Shown here piece after piece: positions 57,001 through 61,651 of a DNA stretch of 61,651 bases (position 1 is the first letter of the stretch; every line of letters begins with the position of its first letter). Below the pieces are notes generated by a model. The model was not told where the DNA came from and ran no database searches. It saw only the letters and a program-made list of their open reading frames with translations. The stretch comes from a virus (taxonomy: Duplodnaviria > Caudoviricetes): positions 1 through 61,651 of the IMG/VR virus record IMGVR_UViG_3300044448_003018, one strand, 5' to 3'. Position numbers and translations under genes: made by a program.

Positions 57001-59203
57001 TAGTGGATCCTTTGAAATCTACAGTTCCTATAGTAACAATATTTAAGCTATTTGATAATATAACGCTTGACTGTCTACCAAATCTATCAGAAAGCACAAC
57101 TCCAACTTGATAGTTTCTATTTTGTTTTAAAGAGTGATTAGGGTATTCTATAATACTACTTGTGTCTTGAACACCGCTAGCCGGACTTAATTCAATCGTA
57201 TCTAAAGCTGCAATTGTTATATTATTAGTTACAGTTAGAACACCTGTGCTGTAATTAAAACTATCAACTAATGTTCCAGGTGGAATAACAGCTCCGCTAG
57301 AAAAACTAACTATAGTAGATCCTACTACATTACTACTAGACCAAAATGTAACAGCTCCAAATCCTTTAGGTGTAACTGTTATTGTTTTTCCTGCAACTAT
57401 ACCGACTGATACGTCAGCATCACCAAAATTTATATTAAATATTGCTTTTTGGCTTGTGTTAACATTATAATCTATAAAAGCAGGAGGAGTGTGCTTATTT
57501 TGAAAATTACCATAAACAACTCTATTACCTGTTACTTCTTGAGCTAAAGATCTAACTGGTGTTTTATCATACACTCTAATAAGATCTGCTTCTGGTAAAG
57601 CTTTAAAAGGTTTTCTAGACTGATAATCATACACATAAAACTTAGGATTACCAATAGTTATGATAGCGTCGTTTGCTAAAGTTACATTACCGTTTAAAGT
57701 TATATTTCCAGATACTGGATTATTAGGATCAGTTGGTACAAAAGCAGTTACAGTTCTTGGCACAGTTATGCCGCCACCTGTTACTTGAGCGCCTATTTGT
57801 ATTCCACCTTGAATATTATCTATAGCAAAAGGTCCAGCAGAACTTGCAACAGCTCCGTTAACTTGTGCTTGGGCCGCGGAGTTAAATATAGTTTCTATAG
57901 ATACTTGTTCTATAACTTTTACTGATGATTGATTTGATTCTTTATAAAGAATATCTATAGAGTCTATTTTTAATGCGTTTTGTAAATCATAATTGTTAAA
58001 TGGAAGAGGTATATAAAGTAAGATTTTATTTACTTTATTTTCCATAAACTCTACTATTGTGCTTTGATAAGATAATTCTTGATCATCTTTTTCTCTGCTA
58101 ACAAAAACATCACCCGCTGTAGTAGTAGGAGACGCTGCTAATTTAGTAGTATCTGTAACAAAATAACCGTCCTGTTTAGGTATAAAGGTTGGTTGTGTAA
58201 AAGGTGAAAATATAGAGTTTTCTCCATCTACATAATTAAATCTATATCCAAACCTTACAAATTTATCTTCTAAATAATTTGGATCACCATTATAAGAAGC
58301 ATCGTAATATGGATTTGGTTCAAAAACAATTTCTGGGTTATTTGCGGTTGGTGTAAAACCTGCACTTAATTTTATTTCAGTAACTTGAGTAGGAGAAGAA
58401 GTGTATGTAATTTCTGTTACTGTAGGAACTGTTATTCCTAGGTTTGAATCTAGTATTTGAACTTCAGATCCTATATAAATATTACCTTTTACATTACTGA
58501 TAGGTATAGAAGTGCCAGCAAGTATAGCAACACCAGACGTGGCTGTTAGTGTTCCAGATCCACCGTTTGGATAAAACTTGCTAACAACATCAAGCATCGT
58601 AGTTTCATAAGCTTCTACGTTTCCAGTAGACAGGCTTTGTCTATATAATTGTATTGCCTGGTAAGGATTATAAGTAGATACAGATATTTGATCTTCTGTT
58701 GTATAAAAAGTACTAGATCCTAATGCTGATGTTATGTTTATTTTTCTTGGTTGGTTTCTGTTATCTGTCCAAAAAAGTAAATTTTCTAAAACATTAACAG
58801 CATATATAAAATGAGTTTTAGAAAAGTTTAAAAAAGGTCCTTCTACTAACTTACTAGGCACTTGTGTTACAGTGTTGTAAGAGTATATAAAGTTATTAGC
58901 TCCAGTGCTATAAGTTAAGTTTAATGGAGAAGGATCTGTATAATCAGTTAAAAATAAATATATGTTATTATTAATTTCATCAGCGCAATATCCTATACAC
59001 GTTAAATTACTAACACCAGTTAAAGATTCAAAGTTTACTGCTAAAGAATTACCTAGCACATTTTCTAATGAACCAACTCCATCACCTTCTGATCTGCTTA
59101 TTTGAACATTTAAAGCGTCTCTATAATCACCGTTTTGTAATATTCTTGCATCTATGTCTTTATTCATTTTAGATCCAAGAAAAGTGTTTTTAGCTTTAGC
59201 CAT
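54092..59203 (-). CDS. Large tail (stabilisation/hub) protein
   Basis: 1703 aa; MNKDID.R...YRDALN, LFWTDNRNQPRKIN, NRVVYGNF, YQVGVV..D.FGR. Confidence 0.7.
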   Translation of the reverse strand: MAKAKNTFLGSKMNKDIDARILQNGDYRDALNVQISRSEGDGVGSLENVLGNSLAVNFESLTGVSNLTCIGYCADEINNNIYLFLTDYTDPSPLNLTYSTGANNFIYSYNTVTQVPSKLVEGPFLNFSKTHFIYAVNVLENLLFWTDNRNQPRKINITSALGSSTFYTTEDQISVSTYNPYQAIQLYRQSLSTGNVEAYETTMLDVVSKFYPNGGSGTLTATSGVAILAGTSIPISNVKGNIYIGSEVQILDSNLGITVPTVTEITYTSSPTQVTEIKLSAGFTPTANNPEIVFEPNPYYDASYNGDPNYLEDKFVRFGYRFNYVDGENSIFSPFTQPTFIPKQDGYFVTDTTKLAASPTTTAGDVFVSREKDDQELSYQSTIVEFMENKVNKILLYIPLPFNNYDLQNALKIDSIDILYKESNQSSVKVIEQVSIETIFNSAAQAQVNGAVASSAGPFAIDNIQGGIQIGAQVTGGGITVPRTVTAFVPTDPNNPVSGNITLNGNVTLANDAIITIGNPKFYVYDYQSRKPFKALPEADLIRVYDKTPVRSLAQEVTGNRVVYGNFQNKHTPPAFIDYNVNTSQKAIFNINFGDADVSVGIVAGKTITVTPKGFGAVTFWSSSNVVGSTIVSFSSGAVIPPGTLVDSFNYSTGVLTVTNNITIAALDTIELSPASGVQDTSSIIEYPNHSLKQNRNYQVGVVLSDRFGRQSSVILSNSLNIVTIGTVDFKGSTIYSDYNSSSVEQATWPGDSLKISFNSPIGPSNKNISTGWPGLYNGVPSSSDYNPLGWYSWKIVVKQTEQEYYNVYLPGIMASYPNDTSLELGRTSHTVLINDNINKIPRDLNEVGPQQKQFRSSVQVFGRVENDVTAPLAPAVNNSKNTPYFPGIKPDTVSTISTLNDLFDFNALVAERPDFFPQFYVFDSNPLIGRITTENKIGQIASTEFDTASGIIDLANTPSAAANQVTLLDVQGTITIGMLVRGGGLAEGTNVAGVAGSVVTLNDAAGNPANIGTVGPPKSNIFSQGDVLTFFDDPNTNTPGIQYLAVYETEPVESLLDIFWETSSSGLIEELNTAILSDNLSASTLSGFNDTNFNEGLQVGQRVGSTAPGFTATNVFGVPLAAADFQITLESQFADDFAIADLTGADRTSDFTLVDLGAPGGTGPNPGFYQLQTASLFVFLEDSAIRNFNVSFKITSLVDGSFNFFEETMELKNIAPAFDLAASTPTNPLTANYTIPPISYPAATTAPITPTIIMGSGSTVAISKLVANNGSRFYIDGTSGAGGTKFNAGRELIFEIVNQVRADFLMVGFGNIPQYTEQQYIDRYAPPGYLPGTFIGGGPFSITETIATTNTTPDGIVDGKSFLSLIREDISDPNIDLLSELGIPNTQAPFITDDYVDYVVWVKVTDASGSSGSSESPVLSPAPNRLVIRISKENFTKGLFWTFTTPKNLNLPAVGASSVNTVIDSTCTVTVVDATTFTTATLTGDNVFYGFSVIPSAQIPLQGPIFCLPTGDLGNSNDVYNLPDSTTSNSYLVPPNSVILNSAGVNSGVRVSTVEYTGTPSGSDFGPAATVTTFAPHGLSTGDQINFSTGRWAVTMPNVAGTNFTSNVFPRVHISNVFPFYSTTNPTQQASTSELCAQVTNASPRKNGTNNTGPACEFVSQPEEVNNVAPLNPFLGINSQQLMDSFVASVTYGCAENCVSGE

Positions 59204-59209
59204 TTAATT

Positions 59210-60442
59210 TTAGTGTTTTATCCATTTAGATTTACCTCTCATTACTTGTACTATTTCGTCAAGTTTAATATTAGATAATCTTATTTTAGCATTTCTAAGT
59301 TTAGCACTTCTGTCTCTTCTTAATCTTTGAACAATATACTCTTGTTGACCAGATCTAGTTGAAACTATTCCATAAAGTATAGAAGCGTATAAAGCGTCTT
59401 CTGCAAGCTTTGGCACTTTAGTATCTTTATCATGTGCTAAACCATCAGATATATATTCTAAAACAATTAATTTATTTACTAAATTACTAGAAAAAGATAT
59501 TTTACCTTCTCTATAATTAAAATTAAAAAAACCGTTTCTTTGAGCGTATTGTGGCACTATACCGTATTGTTGACCATAAGCAAAATTATCTAATCCATAG
59601 TAATTAGCCCAATAAAGATAATCATCAAAATTTTCAAATAATTCTTGAGTTATTATTTTAGTATTTGCGCTTTTCCATCTATCTTCAGTAATTGATGTTC
59701 CTTCTAAATTATTTCCAAAGTTATCTTGTGTTGGCACACCTTGATTGTCTTGTATAGGATTTTCATAAGGACTAGTTGTTAAATTATTAGCAGGGTATAT
59801 AGGTCTTTTAACACCTAACTGATCTATATAACACATGCTTACATAATTAACATAATCTTGAGGTAATGGTAAGCTTAAACTAGCAGGAACCGTAAGCTCT
59901 TGTGAATGTATGCTTTTTAATGTATCGTAGCTAAACTCTTGTAATGATCTTTTAGCAAAAAACAATACATCAGATTTTTTAGCGTTTTGTAATATTTTAC
60001 CGTCACCTACATAACCAACCATAAAGTTATCTATAGCATCATTTAAGGTTATATATTCATATCCTCCATAGTTTTCTTCTACTGTGTCACCAAAAGCATC
60101 AAAACCAGTTCCAGCGGCAGAGTCTCCATATTTTCCACCATCTAATGTTTTTAATTGAACAACTAAATAATGATTTATTGTTAAAGAGCCAGCTATTTTT
60201 ATAACATTATTTACTACTGTATAAGAGCTAGTATATTCTGTAAAACTACCTGGCAAACCAGAAGAGCTTGTATAAACCTTAAAGTTATTTAAAGCGTAAT
60301 CTACATTAATTGGATCAAAATTACCAAACACTAAATTTGTATTAAAAGTCGTAGTAAACTCTTGATTAATTCCAGTAGATGGTATTAAAAAAACTTGAGC
60401 GCCTTGATAATATTGTTGATTTGTTTCTGTTACTAAACTCAT
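59210..60442 (-). CDS. Tail tubular/ring (adaptor) protein
   Basis: 410 aa; LPLPQDYVNY motif; position in the tail module. Confidence 0.6.
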   Translation of the reverse strand: MSLVTETNQQYYQGAQVFLIPSTGINQEFTTTFNTNLVFGNFDPINVDYALNNFKVYTSSSGLPGSFTEYTSSYTVVNNVIKIAGSLTINHYLVVQLKTLDGGKYGDSAAGTGFDAFGDTVEENYGGYEYITLNDAIDNFMVGYVGDGKILQNAKKSDVLFFAKRSLQEFSYDTLKSIHSQELTVPASLSLPLPQDYVNYVSMCYIDQLGVKRPIYPANNLTTSPYENPIQDNQGVPTQDNFGNNLEGTSITEDRWKSANTKIITQELFENFDDYLYWANYYGLDNFAYGQQYGIVPQYAQRNGFFNFNYREGKISFSSNLVNKLIVLEYISDGLAHDKDTKVPKLAEDALYASILYGIVSTRSGQQEYIVQRLRRDRSAKLRNAKIRLSNIKLDEIVQVMRGKSKWIKH

Positions 60443-60446
60443 TTAT

Positions 60447-61439
60447 TTAAGATTTTTCGTTTACTTCAACTGCTTGAGCTTCTTGAGCCGCAGCTTGTAT
60501 AATAAGAGGATCACTTATAATTATACCACAATATTTTAAAATATTTATAATTAAATTAGTTTGTTCTGATATATCTAATTCAAAATCTACAGAAGTAGAA
60601 CCTATATTGCCTACTTTTGTAAAAACATATTGACCAACATTACCTGTAGTAAATCCCCAAACTGGAGAAGTAGGTTTTAATATACAATTAACACTTACAG
60701 TATCATTTACATTATTAGGGTTTGGTGATATTTTTAAAACTAATTTATTTAAAGGTGTTATAGTTATTTGAGCGGATGTTGTACCTCCACTTATAGTTAA
60801 TACATCTCCAGCAGAATATCCAGATCCATAATCAGTAACCGTTACTGATGTTACAACTCCAGCTGGCGCGGTTACGGTAACTGTAAAACCAGTTCCTGTA
60901 CCTCCTGTTGTTCCATGACTAGAGCCATTTACATATCCTGCTCCTCCACTATTTATTGAAATTAGCGCTTCTAATAAATCACTACTAGTAGTTCTAAATA
61001 TAGGGTATTGTTTGGTTGGGGCTGTTAGTTTAGATCTAGTTATTTTATCAAAATCTTTTTTGCTAACTAATTGTGTTATAGATTCATTTTGAGGTTGTCC
61101 TGCGTATTTAGTAATAACCTCACCTATTTTAAATATTGTAGAAGTAGTATTGTTGTAATAACAGTTTTGAGAAGAATTATATGTAAACTGTATTTCTTTT
61201 TCAAAAGGATACAATTTATAACTTATATCTTTAAACATATTAAAGAATTCAGTATCGTTTTGAGTGTTATTTTGATTTAATCTATTAACTTGATTTCCAT
61301 TTGGAAAATAAGATTGAAAAATTTCATCTTGAACTTGAGTAGCAAGACTATTAAATTCAGCAGGTGTTATATAACCTCGTTGTTCTTTGTTTAATATATA
61401 CAAGACTGTTTGGTATACTGTATTTACGCTTACTGCCAT
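60447..61439 (-). CDS. Head-tail adaptor/ring protein
   Basis: 330 aa; NKEQRGYITPAEFN; G/T-rich insert. Confidence 0.55.
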   Translation of the reverse strand: MAVSVNTVYQTVLYILNKEQRGYITPAEFNSLATQVQDEIFQSYFPNGNQVNRLNQNNTQNDTEFFNMFKDISYKLYPFEKEIQFTYNSSQNCYYNNTTSTIFKIGEVITKYAGQPQNESITQLVSKKDFDKITRSKLTAPTKQYPIFRTTSSDLLEALISINSGGAGYVNGSSHGTTGGTGTGFTVTVTAPAGVVTSVTVTDYGSGYSAGDVLTISGGTTSAQITITPLNKLVLKISPNPNNVNDTVSVNCILKPTSPVWGFTTGNVGQYVFTKVGNIGSTSVDFELDISEQTNLIINILKYCGIIISDPLIIQAAAQEAQAVEVNEKS

Positions 61440-61463
61440 ATTAATTTTTTATTTATACTATAA

Positions 61464-61481
61464 AGGCGGCCGAAACCGCCT
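61464..61481 (-). terminator. GC hairpin (terminator or 5' stabilising hairpin)
   Basis: AGGCGG-CCGAAA-CCGCCT in an AT-rich intergenic gap. Confidence 0.5.
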
Positions 61482-61486
61482 ATATT

Positions 61487-61514
61487 AGTATCACTTGTTT
61501 TTATAGTTTTTTAT
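61487..61514 (-). promoter_or_regulatory. Putative middle/late promoter ATAAAA-N14-GTGATACT
   Basis: Copy of the bipartite motif upstream of the tail operon. Confidence 0.45.
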
Positions 61515-61648
61515 CTATAGACTTATAGATTTCAACACCTTCGTCTGTTTTTAAGAAAGCAGCAAATGCTGAGTAAGGGTTTTCATCAAAAGGTACATTC
61601 ATTAGTTTTCTACCGTTTGTTCCCCATGTAAACGTTCTTTGATCTTGA
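61501..61648 (-). CDS. C-terminal part of the wrap-around gene that starts at 806
   Basis: In frame with the 1-806 ORF through the terminal repeat; TAA at 61501-61503. Confidence 0.8.
61523..61648. repeat. Terminal direct repeat, copy 2
   Basis: Identical to 1-126. Confidence 0.95.
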
Positions 61649-61651
61649 CCT

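Noticed and set aside
1924-61280. Numerous short antisense or off-frame ORFs in the track (e.g. 1924-2109, 13066-13491, 17613-17930, 31077-31550, 36464-36856, 37326-37592)
   Set aside because: They are shadows of well-supported genes on the opposite strand or frame, with no independent start context or protein-like features.
1-61651. Stop-codon reassignment, integrase/lysogeny module, introns or inteins
   Set aside because: Genes tile densely and uninterrupted in the standard code; no recombinase motifs; terL, RNR and helicase show no evident insertions.

Overview
This window appears to be a complete, circularly assembled tailed-phage genome of about 61.5 kb; bases 1-126 recur at 61523-61648. 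It is AT-rich and lytic in layout, with no integrase seen. A Bacteroidota/Flavobacteriia host is inferred from the A-rich, Shine-Dalgarno-less gene starts and the gene set. The + strand arm (20082-37320) carries early small ORFs, a structured-RNA cluster, ligase, pyrimidine-dimer glycosylase, an HTH protein, a sigma factor, ERF, an exonuclease, SSB, primase-helicase, a dCMP-hydroxymethylase-like TS homologue, NTP pyrophosphatases, a resolvase and class Ia RNR. The - strand arm carries capsid, scaffold, portal, terminase, GroEL/GroES, tail fibre, holin, endolysin, tail proteins and a 2851-aa giant protein. The most notable observations are: (1) a 123-nt mini-tmRNA-like RNA with a G3·U70 Ala acceptor and no room for a normal tag domain; (2) five copies of a fixed-spacing early promoter-like motif and six copies of a different middle/late motif; (3) two copies of a 12-N21-12 palindromic site, one overlapping the start codon of the HTH gene; (4) a shared (S/T)P-hydrophobic motif in about 11 otherwise unrelated small late proteins; (5) a GC-shifted 216-codon overlapping ORF inside terminase; (6) zincin and HAD domains in the giant protein; (7) a probable cytosine-modification pathway in a genome with no recognisable DNA polymerase. 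All product calls come from motif recognition by eye; no searches were run.
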